Shown here piece after piece: positions 11,063 to 24,999 of a stretch of 64,000 bases of DNA. The notes below the pieces were generated by a model. That model was given only the letters and a program-made list of their open reading frames with translations, was not told where the DNA came from and made no database searches. Both the position numbers and the translations under genes were made by a program. The stretch comes from Lama guanicoe (lineage: Eukaryota), in contig MU054098.1 in the NCBI GenBank assembly GCA_013239625.1, positions 2,791,104-2,855,103 on the forward strand, in the 5' to 3' direction. Numbering within the stretch: position 1 is the first letter of the stretch; each line of letters opens with the position of its first letter.

Positions 11063-14000
11063 GATGACATTTATGTCCCTTTGCTACATGTACTCCTTTT
11101 CCTTACAAAAGAAAAAGAAAAATGTAGATGGCTGTCATCAGGTAGCCAGATCAAGGATGTCACCACTGAGTCTCAGACTCAGAGAGTCAGCAAGAGGGGG
11201 AGGAATGGAGGTTCAGATGTTGGTCTAAGTTCAGCCAGAGTTTTATGAAATTTTTTAACCTACTGGCAGCCATCCACTTGTTCCCATCATTTTCTGGGAA
11301 ATCTAAACCTGAGGTTGGAAGTCTAGCTTGGTTTGAACTGAAGATAAAGCTGTACCTGTGGCAGTGTAAGTACTTGGGGTGACAGAGCTAGAGGATGCAG
11401 AAATACACACATGTGCAGAGACACTTTCAATTCCACTTTTTCCTACTTCATTTTTCCATGTAACTGAATAAAATCAGTGCTTTTCTGAAGTAATGAATAC
11501 ATATGTACATTACTTTTCTGAATCTGTTCAAGTATATTCTCCTTTCAAATTTCCATCAAAATACTTTTTCCATGAATACAGTATTTCAAACAATATATGA
11601 AAGTACATCTATAAAATGAAATCATCCTCTCTCAGTGGCGTGACTCCCACCCCCTGAGCACAGGGCTCTGTTGTCACTGAATGGTGCTGCCTCTCGAGAC
11701 GTGTGTCTGTGGTGAGGGCACACGGACATGGACACTTGCACACAACCAACGTATTTTCCATAATAAGAATCATACTACTCATCTTTGCATCTTGTCATTT
11801 CCACTCAGTATGATTTCTCCAGATTGATACCTGCATTTTATTAATGCTTATGGTTTTGGCATACTTTGACATGTGTACTGCTCATTTATAATTATAGCAT
11901 AATGAATTTGCTCTTTAAATTGTGAGCCAATCTCTTTGTTACTAAGAGTGTATCACAAACCAGGGATACTAACCCAGTAGCTGAGTGGTAGTTTGCAAAT
12001 GACTTCTCCCTTGTTTTCACACAACTCTTAGTTTACTCTCCATTTAGAATGTGTTTTAAATCTCAATGATATTGTCACTTGAAAACTATGCAGTTCATAA
12101 TTCTAAAAATACAGTGAACAACATCCCAAGAGCAAATAAGGCAGCCCTTAGAGTTTAAATCATTCAGAGACCAGGAGGATTCAAGACAAAAAGTGAAAAA
12201 CCTTAGAATAATTCCACAGTTAGCTGTTGATCCTGAAGGGGGAAAAAAAAAGTTGTTTCCCTCATTTATTTAAACTCCCTTTAAGTCAGCCCTCTGATAT
12301 GAATAATGTACATCTTGAATAGCTGTTAGGATTACAGGAGATGAACTATAAAATGCATTTGCTTAAAGTAGCTCTATACATAGCACTTCCCTTCCCTTTA
12401 AATCCCCTGTTGCATCTATGCTTCTGCGCCAGTCCAGTTCAACACTTCAGCAACCAGCCAGTGGATGTCGCCAACACCCAGGTCTTTTGGCACAGGGGTG
12501 GGATTTCATCTCCTCTGACTTCTTCATCACACAGAAGGGTGAGGCCACAGTAGCAGGGAGTGTGAACACCATTTCTCCTGGCCTGGAAGCCCAGTGTCCA
12601 AATAGGAGGCTGCTCTGTGTCCTCCAGAGAGGGAGAGGGATGGAACCCCATCCCATCCTGCCACTTATCCAAGAGGTGACTTAGGCTGGTCAGCCTGACT
12701 TGGGCATCTGTGACGTGGGACTCATGACACCTTCGTCACAGAGCTGTTCTGAGGGGTGAATGAGAAAGCTTGCCCAGAGTATATGGTGTGTGGTGGGACT
12801 TCAAGGGCCCTTTAAATGCTGGGACACAGCAGTAAGGGCTGGCTGAGCCTCAGGGCTAAGACAGGCACTGTGAAAAGTCATTCCTCACTGTTTCTCCTAA
12901 TGAGAAGATAGATATCTTTATGAAGGAAGCAAACATCTCTTTGATATGCCTTGGGTTCAAAGTTTCAAAGACAGAGGGAGCTCTGGTTTCTTGGGTGTCT
13001 CAGAAGCTCACAAGCTCACATCATGCCTGAGTGCTGATCCTAATCCAGTTCCCGTCACTGGGAAGACAGGCTTGCCTTTGCCTCACCTGGTGAGCTCGAT
13101 GCGAGATGGCACCAGGGCAGCAAGCTGTGATGCTTGCCTAACTGCTGCTCCTGGGCTGCTCTGTATGTTAACATATTTTAAAGAAAATTCTGGTCCTGAC
13201 CTGCAGTCTCCATTGCAGGGGTCCTCAGGTCCTGCATCATGCAGCCGCGTCACACCAGGGTTTCAGCCATCTGCTGCCTCCCTGAGAGGCAAAAATCCAA
13301 AAATGACTACCATTTCTTTGATACACAATTATCCACTCTTCCATTCACTGAGAACTAAGTATATATTGAGCTCAAAACCCATACTATCCCATTAGAGGCG
13401 TGTCATTAACTAAAGTGGAAATAAGAGGGAAATACAGGAAAATTCAAGGGTTAAATCTGAGCTGATTTGGCACCTGCACAGTAACTGTTATGCTTTCAAG
13501 GAATTGAAGTTTTTGTTAAAACTCTCTTTGTATCTCTCATCCCTGTAAGGCCACAGGCCTTCTCTCTCTGTCTTTTCTGTCTCTTTTTCCCTTTCTCCCC
13601 TACCCTTCAAAATCAAAATTTCAGAAAGCACCATCTGCATACCCTGTTTAACAGTCTTCACTTCCCACTGACTCCTTATCTCACTGCACTGTAGCTTCCG
13701 TCCCCATGATTGCAATGAGCGTGCTCTCACCAAGGTCACAATCCTCCTTTTTGTTACCAGTTCCAGATATTTTGTATAAATACATTAACATACTGTTACT
13801 TTTAATGACAATGTAAAATATGCATCTTTGTGCAGAATGCTCCCATCCCTTAACAATCAAGCTTTGACAGTGTCCCAGGCTTGGGAGCATGAGGCCCAAG
13901 CTGTCCCGCTCCCTAGCTGTGCAGTCCCAGGCCAAGTCCTTATTCTTCCCATCCCTAAGCTTTTCATCTATAACTGGGGATTAGCAACAGCAGTTACTTC

Positions 14001-14183
14001 ATTTGGGTGCTGGGAACACTGAAAAACTCATACCTAAAAAGCCCTTGGCACATAATACATTTTAGCCAATTTTTAATTTCTTTTTCCCTATCTTTATTGA
14101 TATTACTATCCAGTCACCATGAAAAAATAGCATTTATACTGATGTTTATTCACAATCAGCGACATTTGTGGTGTGTTACTGAG

Positions 14184-14553
14184 CGTATTAGTTTCCTCAG
14201 GTTGCCATAAAAAAAAAATCATGAAATTCATGGCTTAAAACAACAGAAATTTTTTCTCTTTCATTTCTGGAGACCAAAGTCTAAAAGTAGGGTGTTGGCA
14301 GGGCCATATTAGAGCAGCAAACCCCCATCTCTGCCTCGATTTTCACATGGCCTTCTACCTTGTGTGTGTGAAATCTCCCTCCCCTTTCCTAAGGACACCA
14401 GTCATTGAGTTTAAGGCCCACCCTAAATTCTGTATGTACTTATCTCGAGATTAATTACATGTGCTTGGACCATACTTCCAAATAAGGTCACAGTCACAGG
14501 TATGGGTTAAGGCTTGGACATGTCTTGTTGGGGGACATAATTCAATCCACCAC
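14184..14553. mobile_element. MaLR solo LTR (MLT1-like)
   Basis: 'gtattagtttcctcaggttgccataa...ggcttaaaacaacagaaat...aaggacaccagtcattgagtttaaggcccaccct...ggggacataattcaatccaccaca'. Confidence 0.8.
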
Positions 14554-15204
14554 AGTGATATAAGCAAGTTTAAAAAACTAAAGTGAGATCTTACCTTTCG
14601 TACAGAAGCATATGAATACAACCATACATGCATAAATACACAAATTCCCATATGAGGAAACGTTTCGGAAAATAAAATCCAGGTGAAAACATGAGCAGGG
14701 ATTATCTGTGAGTGCTATGTTTAGGGTATTGTTATTTCCTTTTCTATGTTTTGTATTTTTGCCTATAATAAACATGTACCACTCTTGTAAATATACAAAA
14801 TAATAAAACCACTGACAAACACAAGCAATCTGCTCCACCTACAGGAGAGCTAAATTTAGAACAGAAACATCCTTGGGGCACAGGCAGGAAGAGTAAGATG
14901 CTGGGGGGGGGCCCTTCTACGTATAATAGGATATAATTCTCCAAATTCCAAACCATATTGCTTATTGTCAATATCTTAAATTCCTATCTATTTAACTGGG
15001 GAAAAAGACATTGTACCTCAGTTTGATATGTTTTGCTGTGCCCTGATGAACTGTGAGGCTGGGGGTCTTATCAGATGAGAAGCACTAGTGGACACAGGAT
15101 AGATGTGGGGCTCAAAGACACACAGAATTGGCTTATCACTTAGTCTTGTGATTTGCCAGCCCTGCCCTCGCTGTGCCCCCATTTCCTGATGTTTAAAGTC
15201 AAGC

Positions 15205-15370
15205 AAATAAACATGGTCCTACTGTAGAGCACAAGGAACTATATTTAATATCTTGTAATAACCTGTAATGAAAAAGAATATGAAATATATATGTATGTGT
15301 AACTGACTCACTATGCTGTACACCAGAAACTAACACAACACTGTAAATCAAATGTACTTCAATAAAGTGA
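15205..15370 (+). mobile_element. Short L1 3' UTR fragment (cetartiodactyl type)
   Basis: 'ggtcctactgtagagcacaaggaactatattt...aactgactcactatgctgtacaccagaaactaacacaacactgtaaatcaa...cttcaataaa'. Confidence 0.85.
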
Positions 15371-15523
15371 AACCAGGTGGCTGTGAGAAAAAAAAAAAGT
15401 TGGGCAATAATACCTCCTTCTCTCCTCATAGGCTATGGTGAGGATGAGATGAGTAAGTACAGGGTTAACACCTACAACAGTATTGGACACTGAGGGAGTC
15501 AGCAATAAATATTAATGATTCTT

Positions 15524-15679
15524 GGAGGGGAGGGTATAGCTCAGTGGTAGAGCACATGCTTAGCATGCATGAGGTCCTGGCTTCAATGCCCAGTACCTCC
15601 ACTAAATAAATAATTAAATAAACCTAATTACCTCCTCCCCCCAACCAAGAAAAAGCAAAACTAAAAAAAACTTTAAAAA
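15524..15679 (+). mobile_element. tRNA-derived SINE (camelid Vic-1-like)
   Basis: Head ggggagggtatagctcagtggtagagc...gaggtcctggcttcaat with Pol III A/B boxes, an A-rich tail, and 13-bp TSD attaatgattctt at 15511-15523 and 15680-15692. Confidence 0.9.
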
Positions 15680-18600
15680 ATTAATGATTCTTATCATCAA
15701 TCTACCTAAATGGATCATTAGAAATTATAGGATCATTTTTATTATTATGTGAGCTTATATTGATTGGCTTGGATTGACCTAAAAATTAAGTGTTTGTCAT
15801 AAAAAAGTAGTTTACAAAACTGAAAGTAGGATTTCATGTCATTGTTATTCTTAAAAATGCATGGCCATACTTGCATAGTACAATATCTGGAGAGAAAATA
15901 CAATTAGTCAAAGGTTGACAGTTCTTCTCCATGGGAAATAGACTTTTAAGAGTTTTAATGACTTTTTTCCTTTTGTCCATTATCTATTTTTAGCTACAAC
16001 AAAAGTGTCTCAGTTTTGGAAGTGCAAAATATAATAAGAATAAATAAGTATCCATAGTCCTTCCCATAGGAAAGTGGATCCGTGTCGAAATGGTGAATAT
16101 CCATAATTTATTAATCTACCACATGGTACTCCCCTTTGGGCAGTGTTGAGAAAATCAGAGATGCCTATAGGAACAGCAAGCATGTCTCTAAAATAAACCT
16201 TATGTTCAGCAGTCAGAGGACGTCTCCACTTCCCAGGATTTTAGTGAAGGTCATGAAATGAAAGTAGTTTCACAACATGCTTCTTTCTCTTCTCGCCCAA
16301 ATAAAGCCCCTTGAACTGAGAGCAAACTCGTGAATTTAACCACACAGTTAGCCAAGCAGTGAACGCCACAGGGGAGGGAAAGGGTGAGGGGTCTGCATGA
16401 GATCACCCAGTACCCAGCCCCACAGCATTGAGAGGGGAGAATGTTTAAACAACAGGATTCAGGGGGGAAGTTTAGTCACAGGATCATTCAGACAAGTCCT
16501 CAGGAGTAATTAACATGTGAGAATGAAATCACCTTTAAAGTACCTTCCTTACCCAACTAAAAATAATAAAACAAAAGGAAAATACACACATGCCCAGCAC
16601 TTATAACACAAAATGAGCTCAAGTTCAAAATGGGGTGCATGCCCAAACCAACTGCGAGATTTGGGTGTTGGTCAGGACACAGAGAAACTCCCTCCCTGTG
16701 ATCACGTCTTCTTTCACCAGGATGGCCCAGATAAGGTTCAGGACATACAGGCCTAGATGAGCAACAGTGTGATGGAAGCTAGGAAATTAGTCCTGGACAA
16801 GGGGAAGAAGTTTCATATATCCAGGAGACACTGAAGCACTGTTTAGAGCTAGCTGTTTAGATACACCGGCAAATCTAAGACTTTGAAGGCAGCAGACAGA
16901 AAGTGACTAAAAACAGTATCTGCTGATTCTGTCAGTGGCTCAGACCGCACAGAAATGAAGAAAATGGGTGTGTCCGTTTTAGAAGCTCTGAAAGGAAATA
17001 CACATAGCATAACATTCATAACATATGCATTCCATTTCCACGCCTTCAAATCCAAATGATCTCTATGAGTTGTTCATATTTCAGTCACTTCTTTTGTTGG
17101 GGGAGAGCACAAAAGAGAGCATATATATATTTGTTGGAGTTTTACAGTATTACGTGTCAGATACCTTCTACTGGTTTGTACATTTCTCCTCCCAACAGAT
17201 CTCACAACAGTGAGGTGGGTATCAATCTGCCATTTTATAGATGACCCACTGTAGTGTCACACACATCTACTTAGAGGCATCTTTCATTTTCCATGGGTTG
17301 TTCTTTCCCAATAAAAAGACAATTTTTAGAAATAAGAACAAAAAGTTTCCTTTAGCAGATTACAAAAATTACTTGTGTCATCCCAATGCTCTTTGAAGAA
17401 TTAATGTGTATAAAAAGAATGAAAGGACATATAGGTAGGTTTCATTTCCTGCTTACTCCTCCATCTACCTCTCATTTATTTATTAAATGTGAATGAGATG
17501 TCTACTGTGTCCCAGTCACTGTCAGTCCAATTCCATGCCTACATCCCAAACCTCCCCTCTCCTGATCTGTAGACCTGGATAACTGGAGATGTCCACAGGC
17601 AGTAAGACGGATGGATGTTAGTGCCCACCCCATGGGGTGCGGAGGCATGACCTCAAAAGAACTCCATTCCGAGAAAGTTGAATCCAAGCTTCACTCTGAG
17701 TCCTGAAAACCAGGCATCTGAACAGGAAATAATGCAGTTGAGTGGGGAAAGTTTGTACTTGGGAAACTGAGGCAACTTGCAACCTATACCTCTGTCCTCT
17801 TGTACAGTTCTAAGAGGCTACTGCTTTCTCCTGACGAGACCTCCCTCCCAGATAGATAGAGAGTAAAGGACGAGGTAACACTTGTGTGGTTTCAGTCTTG
17901 GTTCTCTCATGGGTGCAAGCTAGAGGTTTACTTTCTCTTAGTTCTTGGCCGGGTTGTGTGATAGATCTCAGGGCTGATTTTGCAGCTGTCTGATCCCTAG
18001 GAGGGTGGTCCCTCCCATTTAGTTATCTCAGGGGTCCATCAGAGTGACATGGAGTCTCTGCTTCATTTAGAATCCCATCTCCCAATTGTGGTGCCTGGAC
18101 CAAGATCCACAGGAGACAGAAAGCATGGAGACAGAGTCCTCAAAGACAAGCCCAGATCAGGCCCCTGATCTGAACATCTGAGTCTCTTGATTTAGTGGAT
18201 GGTTTTTACAGATTTCTCACAAGATGGGACCTCCCCTCTGGGTTCCTCTTATGCCCGACACCCCTTAAAATCCATCTCTTTCTCTTCTCTCACCAGTCCA
18301 CAGAAGTATATCCACAGAAATTCCTCTATAATAAGCTGGTGAGAAACCATTTCCAACTATGACTAAAAATCCAGAAGGAATTAGGGAAAAGATGACGTAT
18401 TCATTTTAAAACTTATATTGCAAAAGGAAAACACATAAGCAAAGTAAAATGAACAATTACAAATTGGGAAAAATATTTAGAATTTATATAGTAACAAAGG
18501 GTAATATCCTTAATATGTAGAGACCTCAAGAAAAAGTGAGGGGGAAAAAACAAAAAACAAAAACACCAAGAAAGAAAAAGGAACAATAGGTACTAACAGG

Positions 18601-19088
18601 TATTTCACCAAAAAAAGATCCTTAAGCATGTAAAAATTGTTTAACCTAACTCAGGATAAGAGATACAAGGAAAAAAATTAACTACCTCTACTCACTAATT
18701 GGGTGGTCTATGAGGAAACGGACTTCCCCTTCATTGCTGGAGCATACATGAAATGGTTCAACCTCTGTGGATGGGGTTTAATATCATCTAGTAAAATTAC
18801 ATACGCATTTCCCTTTAGAACCAGTAATTACTCATCTAAGAATCTATCCCAGAAAAACAATGCAAAAGATAAAAAGGCGCAAGGTCATTCCTTACAGAAA
18901 AATTCATAACAGTAGAGAACTAGAAACAACACAGAGTCTACCCATGGGGAGCTGGAATGATCACCTAAAGTACATCTACTTCCCAGTGTTCTATGCAGGT
19001 ATGGAAGCAATGAAGACTGTACTGCTGTGGAGTCATCTCCAGGATATACTGTTAGTAAAAAGATCCCAGTGCAGAAAAATGTGTAGAG

Positions 19089-19293
19089 CTGCTGCCGTCC
19101 AATACAATAGTCACTAGACACATGTGGCTACTTAAATTTAAATGAGCTACTTAATGCAATTAAAATTTCAGTTCCTTAGTCAAAATCGCCACATTTTAGG
19201 TGCTTAACACCCACAGATAACCTGTGGCTAGCATGTTGGACACACAGATATAGAGCATTTAATTTCTGTAGAAATTTCTACTGCACAGCACTG
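19089..19293. mobile_element. hAT-Charlie MITE (MER3-like)
   Basis: 'gctgccgtccaata...cacatgtggctacttaaatt...aaaatttcagttccttagtca...tgcacagcactg', with 8-bp near-TSD gtgtagag / gtgtagaa typical of hAT elements. Confidence 0.75.
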
Positions 19294-20018
19294 GTGTAGA
19301 ATATGCCACCTTTTATCTATGAACAGGGGAGAAAACTAATATACTTATTGTAATTGATTATATTTTTTAAAAATTGGAAGGTTAAAACTCCAGGTGATAA
19401 AAATGATAACCCATAAGATGACAGAGGAGCAGCCCAGGATGGATGATATATATTCTCATTAAAAACTTAACACATAAATAGTGACTGCAGGTACTGAAAA
19501 GGACAAGAAACAGTGATTAACCCAGTAGCAACTCTAGTCCCCAGATTGAATTAAACACATTTCCCACCACAAGGAACAAGGTTACCTTGGAGAAATGGCT
19601 GATTCCAGGACTGGGCAGGGATTGTAGCAGATAAGTCTGAACCAAACTCTCATACCAGAACACATGTCAAAGACACAACAGCCAACCCAAAGGCTCTCTC
19701 TCACAGTTCAAAAATAGAACACTTTGAACATCAAAAATATGAATGACTGCAGTGGATTAAAACATGAAATATATAAATTTCTGAGTCATGATGATGCTCT
19801 AAAAGAAAAAGAAAAAACAAACAAAACCAACTCAACGTTCACCTTTGGAGGATCCCAGGGAAACAACTCACTCTTTTGAAAATTAGAAATACTGTGGAAG
19901 AATTAAGCATTAATCCTTCCCTTCTGTGTGGACCAGACCTCAGTGCAACCTTGTAGTTGATGAGGGGAAGTTTGTTTTATAGAAGAATTCCAGCTAATAT
20001 CTAAAGAAGAAATTATGG

Positions 20019-20311
20019 TATTTTTCTTTCTCTTTCTGGCTTACTTCACTTAGTATGACAATCTCCACGTCCATCTATGTTGCTGCAAATGGCAGAAACT
20101 AACTACTATACATAAAAGAGAGAAACAACAAGGTCCTACTGCACAGGGAACTATATTCAATAACTTGTAATAGTCTATAATGGAACAATATGAAAAGGAA
20201 TATATATATTATACATATATATATAAAATATATATATATATCTGAATCACTATGCTGTACATCAGAGATTAACACAACATTGTAAAATGACCATACTTTA
20301 ATTTTTTAAAA
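20019..20311 (+). mobile_element. Short 5'-inverted (twin-primed) L1 insertion within an older L1MC-like element
   Basis: Antisense L1 segment 20019-~20094 joined to a sense L1 3' end ~20095-20311, with a perfect 16-bp TSD aaagaagaaattatgg at 20003-20018 and 20312-20327. Confidence 0.85.
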
Positions 20312-21289
20312 AAAGAAGAAATTATGGAATTGAAACATCAGCCTTTGCAACCATTAATGAAATGTAGATCTAGGCCATAAACTTTAAGAGGCTACAAAAA
20401 CCATGAGTTAAAAGGCAGATGGGAAATTTCATACTGGTCGGATCAGTCTGAAGGACTCAGGAGGAGAGACAACCAGATGTGACGAGGCTCCTGATGCAGT
20501 GCTACAGGAGGTCCACCACCACATCTTATGTACTCTTCCCCCAAAGCTGAATCTGAACAAGCCTCTACATCTAATTACCAATATAAAGGAAATAGGATAG
20601 GTCAGAGGAACAGAATAAACAGCACAATAGAGACATAATCAGCATAATCGAGAATGCAACCTTTCACAGGACAAAGATCCAGTATGCTAGGTAAATAAAT
20701 GGAGATTAAAAAAAGAGGACTGTTCCATAAAAAGAGATTTAAGAGTTCAGAGAAATTACACTTGAAACCACAATGAGATGCCACTATAAGCCCACAAGAA
20801 CTACAAAATGAAAAAGATGGGAAATACCAAATTGTCTAATGCATAGGAATTGTAATGATTATTACTTTTCAGTTTTTATAATTATTATCTTCACATTTTT
20901 GTTAAAGAAATATGGTCTGTATATGCAAAAGTGCCTACTGAAGCATAGTTTCCACCTAACATCACCCAACACGGCCCGACACAGCCCAACAAATGTCTCT
21001 TTCTTCTTCCTAAGTGCACCGGTTAGTAGTGAGGGCTCTGGAGACAGACCAGGTCTCCACGTACAAAAGGTGTGAGTTGGAACACTTTTACTTCATATTA
21101 CAGTCACTCAATTGCCTCATCTGCAAAACTTCAATTATACAGTACTGACCATAGAAGAGGTTCAAAACAAAAATATTGCCTTGTGTTTTGGTTTCTACAA
21201 GGATAAAGGGTTAGGAATCACATAACTTTTAAAATTCTACTGCTGAGACACTGGGATAGCTGGCTCTTTCTGAACCCTGGGAGAGAGAA

Positions 21290-21775
21290 AGAACCTCTCT
21301 CTGCCTCAGTTTCCTCTTCTGTTAGATGAGGAAAACAATCGTCCTTACCTCATGGGTGGTTGTTTTGGAAATTAATTGAGTTAATACATGAAAACACTTA
21401 CAACAGTGCAAGGCAAACAATACCAGCTCAATAAATGCTAGAGTTTTCATAAATACATGCAAGCTCAGATTCTTAGTTTTGGTAGTTTTACAAAGTGTTC
21501 AGGTGTCTTTAATAAAGTTTGTCACTGGAGACTCAGCTCATATATTACTTCCTGAGAAAGAGCTTCATGACAACCCTGTCTACAACAATTCCTGTCCTTG
21601 TCATTTTCTAGTCAATGGATTTTATTTTGTTCCAAGCATTTATTCCCGTATAATATGGTCCTGCTTATTGATTTATTTCTCAGCTTATGGCCAGTTTTCC
21701 CCAAACTAGAATAAAAGCTCCAAGGATACTGCCCTGTCTTGTTCACTGTGTTGTGTTCCCAGTGATGGAGTTCAA
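21290..21775. mobile_element. MIR fragment followed by L2 fragment
   Basis: MIR core 'tgcctcagtttcctcttctgttagatgagg...gctcaataaatgctag' and L2 3' 'ctagaataaaagctccaagg...gtcttgttcactg'. Confidence 0.65.
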
Positions 21776-21879
21776 TGGCTATTATGGGTTGAATTATGTC
21801 ACCCAAAAGAGATATTAGGAAGAATCACTGACCTATACATATTTGAAAATCCTAGAAAATCCTATATTTTAAAAAATCC

Positions 21880-23625
21880 TATATTTAAAAATCCTAGAAA
21901 AATTACAATAGAAAATTCTTGTGACCTGAAGTTAGGTAAAGATTTCTTAGATATGACAACAAAAGCAAAATCAAAACCATAAATGAACAAATTGATGCGC
22001 TAAATTTCCTCAAAATTAAAACTCCGGTTCTTCTAAAAACACTGTTGGGAGAATTGAAAGACAAGCCACTGAATGACTGAGAGAAAATGTTTGCAAATCA
22101 TAGATCTGCTACCCAGAATAAAAAATCTCACAAAGGTCAATAAGTTTGTCCACTCCAAAAATAAGTGGACAAAAGATTTGAATAGATACTTCACCTAAGA
22201 TACACAAATGCCAAATAAACCCATGAAAAGATGCTCAACATCATCAATCATTAGGGAAATGTAAATGAAAACGCTACACCCCTCTGAGAAAGTCCAAACT
22301 TAAAAAGACTGACCTTACCAAGTATTGGCAACGTTATGGAGGATGGAAGTCTCTCATATCTCATACACTGCTGATGGCAATGAAAAATGGTTCCACTACT
22401 TATGAAAAAAAGTTTAGCAGTTTCTTACAAAGTTAATTTTACAACTACTATGTGACCCAGCCAATGCTCTTCTAAGTATTTACATAGAGAGAGAAAACGT
22501 ATGTCCAAGCAAAGAAGTATATACAAATGTGCATAGAAGGTTTATTTACAAGAGTCCCCTATTGGAAACAACCCAAATATCTATTAACAGGAGAATAGAT
22601 GGAACAAATTGAGGTATATCCATATAATGGAATGTTTCTACATTACAGGAAAGGAAAACTAATCTACAGTGATGAAAGATAAGGGGTTGTCTGGGAATGA
22701 GATAGGGTGAAGTGGGGAGAGAGAGGCAGGAAAGAGCTAGGTGGGCAGACTACCAAGGGGCAGGAGGAAGATATTTTTTTCTTTTTCAGTTTTATTAGGT
22801 AGAATTATTACAGTTCAACTGCACATATACATTATATTGCATGTAAATACATATATACAATATACTGCACTTTTTTAGTTTACATATATGTACTGATTAT
22901 TGTTTCTAAGAACAGATTAGAGCTTTAGCTTTTAAAATTTAGTTATCAAAGGAATAAAGCCAACTACAAAATAAGAATCAACAAAATGCGGTAATCCAAT
23001 CATAAAGGACAGTCAAATGTGCTTATATATATTCAAGAGATCAATCATCTAAGTTATAAATAATAAATAGTTCATTTGTGTCTTTATTTTTTTTTAGATT
23101 CCTCATATAAGTGATGTTATATGGCATTTTTCTTTCTCTTTCCAGCCCACTTCACTTAGAATGATGATCTTCTGGTCCATCCATGTTGCTGCAAATGGCA
23201 TTATTTTATTCTTTTTTATGGCTGAGTAGTGTTCCACTGTATATATGTACCACATCTTCTTTATCCAGTCATCTGTTGATGGACATTTGGGTTGTTTCCA
23301 TGTCTTGGCTATTGTAAATAGTGCTGCTATGAACATTGGGATGTATGTGTCTTTTTGAATTTTATTTTTCTCTGGATATATGCCCAGGAGTGGGATTGTG
23401 GATCACATGGTAAGTCTATTTTCAGTTTTTTAAGGAACCTCCATACTGTCCTCCATAGTGGCTGTACCAAACTACATTCCCACCAAACAGTGCAGGAGGG
23501 AGGAGGAAGATTTTTGAGGTGATGGATATGTTTATTATCTTGACTGTAGTACTAGATTCACAGGTGCATACATATATCAAAACAGAGCATATACTTTAAA
23601 TAACCTCAATAAAGTATTTGAAATA
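21880..23625 (+). mobile_element. Ancient L1 (L1MC/ME-like) 3' portion hosting a younger minus-strand insertion
   Basis: 'gatttcttagatatgacaacaaaagca...gaaaagatgctcaacatcatcaatcattagggaaatgtaaat', resuming after 23511 with 'gaggtgatggatatgtttattatcttgactgt'. Confidence 0.75.
22773..23500 (-). mobile_element. L1 ORF2 3' fragment fused to a ~290-nt atypical polyadenylated tail
   Basis: ORF 23103-23336(-) is the L1 ORF2 C-terminus. TSD aggaggaagat at 22762-22772 and 23501-23511. Minus-strand AATAAA at 22796-22791 precedes the A-tail. Confidence 0.75.
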
Positions 23626-24829
23626 TATTTATATATTCATAATTCTCTGATGCAATTAATCATCTGAAAAATTCTTAGTTATGCTCTGGTAGTATTAACA
23701 GAGTCACACTATGTCATATCAAATTGGTCCATGCTCCATATAACCAAAAGAATTTTACAATATATATACCCAAATATTTATGGAAATTTGATATCCATTT
23801 CCTTGTGAAGTACAAAAATAAAAATATAATATGCCAGGAAAATCATGATGATATTTAAGAGGAACTGGTTATTTCAGGGAATGTGGCTGACTATCATTAT
23901 GTTAGGGATAACTCTAAAGTAACAAATGTTTTTTTAAAAATAATAATAAACTCTACACTTTATTAGATAAGTTTTATCACTGACATTTTAAACTACACTT
24001 GGAAATTCTCTAGTTCTTTATAAAGTTATTATAAAAGGAAAAAAACTGTACTCACCAGGGAAGAATCTACATTAAAATGTCAAATTGTTAAGAAGATCTA
24101 ACTACTGCATATTTCCACACCCATCTGAGAGATACCAGGGAATCACGGATTATTATTTATAAGGTGAGAACAATTTAGGTATATTTATGAGAAATGAATG
24201 TTGAAGACCAACTTCCTCCCCAGTTGGACAATCCATTGCTTTTTGGCAAAAAAAAAAAAAAGTCTTCTCTCAGATGGGCTTCAAGGCTACTACAAAGCAT
24301 GTACTTGCTGATGGAATGAAAGCCCCCACCTACACCTCTTCTCTCATGATGAGACCAAAGTAGCTACTCTGTGTCTAGTTTGCGAACCTCACAGGAGCAA
24401 CATGCTTTTGTTCAGATCTATGAACTCACTTGAATCAGGAGTCATATCCCAACAAACATGTGAAGTGTTGGGGTCTCCTGGAAGCCGCTGCCCTTGAACC
24501 TGGAGTAGGAGCTTCAGGAGCCATCAGGACACAGATCCTCATAACCTGCCTCCTTCAGACACCTGATATGAGCTGGGCCACCGGCATGAGGAGCTGCACA
24601 GGGAGAGACAGATCCAACAATCACTATGCTTTACTGCTGTAACTATGTGCCCGGCGCCATGCTAGGCACTGGGTTAGTGACAATGACACTTAAACGATTG
24701 GTTAGTGATCCTAACAATCAGATGTCACAATGGGCTTCTCACCAGGGCCTTTTCCTTCTCTTTTCCTTGTCCATCCCCTAACAACAAAGTTGAAAAAGAA
24801 TAAGAAGTGGCCTGAATTCAAATGACATT

Positions 24830-24975
24830 CACGATCCCGCAATAACCACAGAGCCATCGACTTACTCCTGTGTTATCACTCGATGTTCACAGCGATCCTG
24901 TGGGTAAAGCATTCTTAGCCCCATTTTACAGAGGGGGAAGCTGAGGCTCAGAGAGAGTCGTTACTTGTCTCACTT
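24830..24975. mobile_element. MIR
   Basis: 'ccccattttacagagggggaagctgaggctcagagagag' is the MIR core. Confidence 0.75.
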
Positions 24976-24999
24976 CCCGCGCCCCTGCCTTTAGAAGGA

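Noticed and set aside
12946..13395. 149-aa plus-strand ORF
   Set aside because: No recognisable domain, promoter or splice context. It is compatible with chance.
15527..15600. tRNA-Ala-like genes, here and at the five other SINE heads
   Set aside because: Each has an A-rich tail, a TSD and copy-specific substitutions, so they are SINEs rather than tRNA genes.
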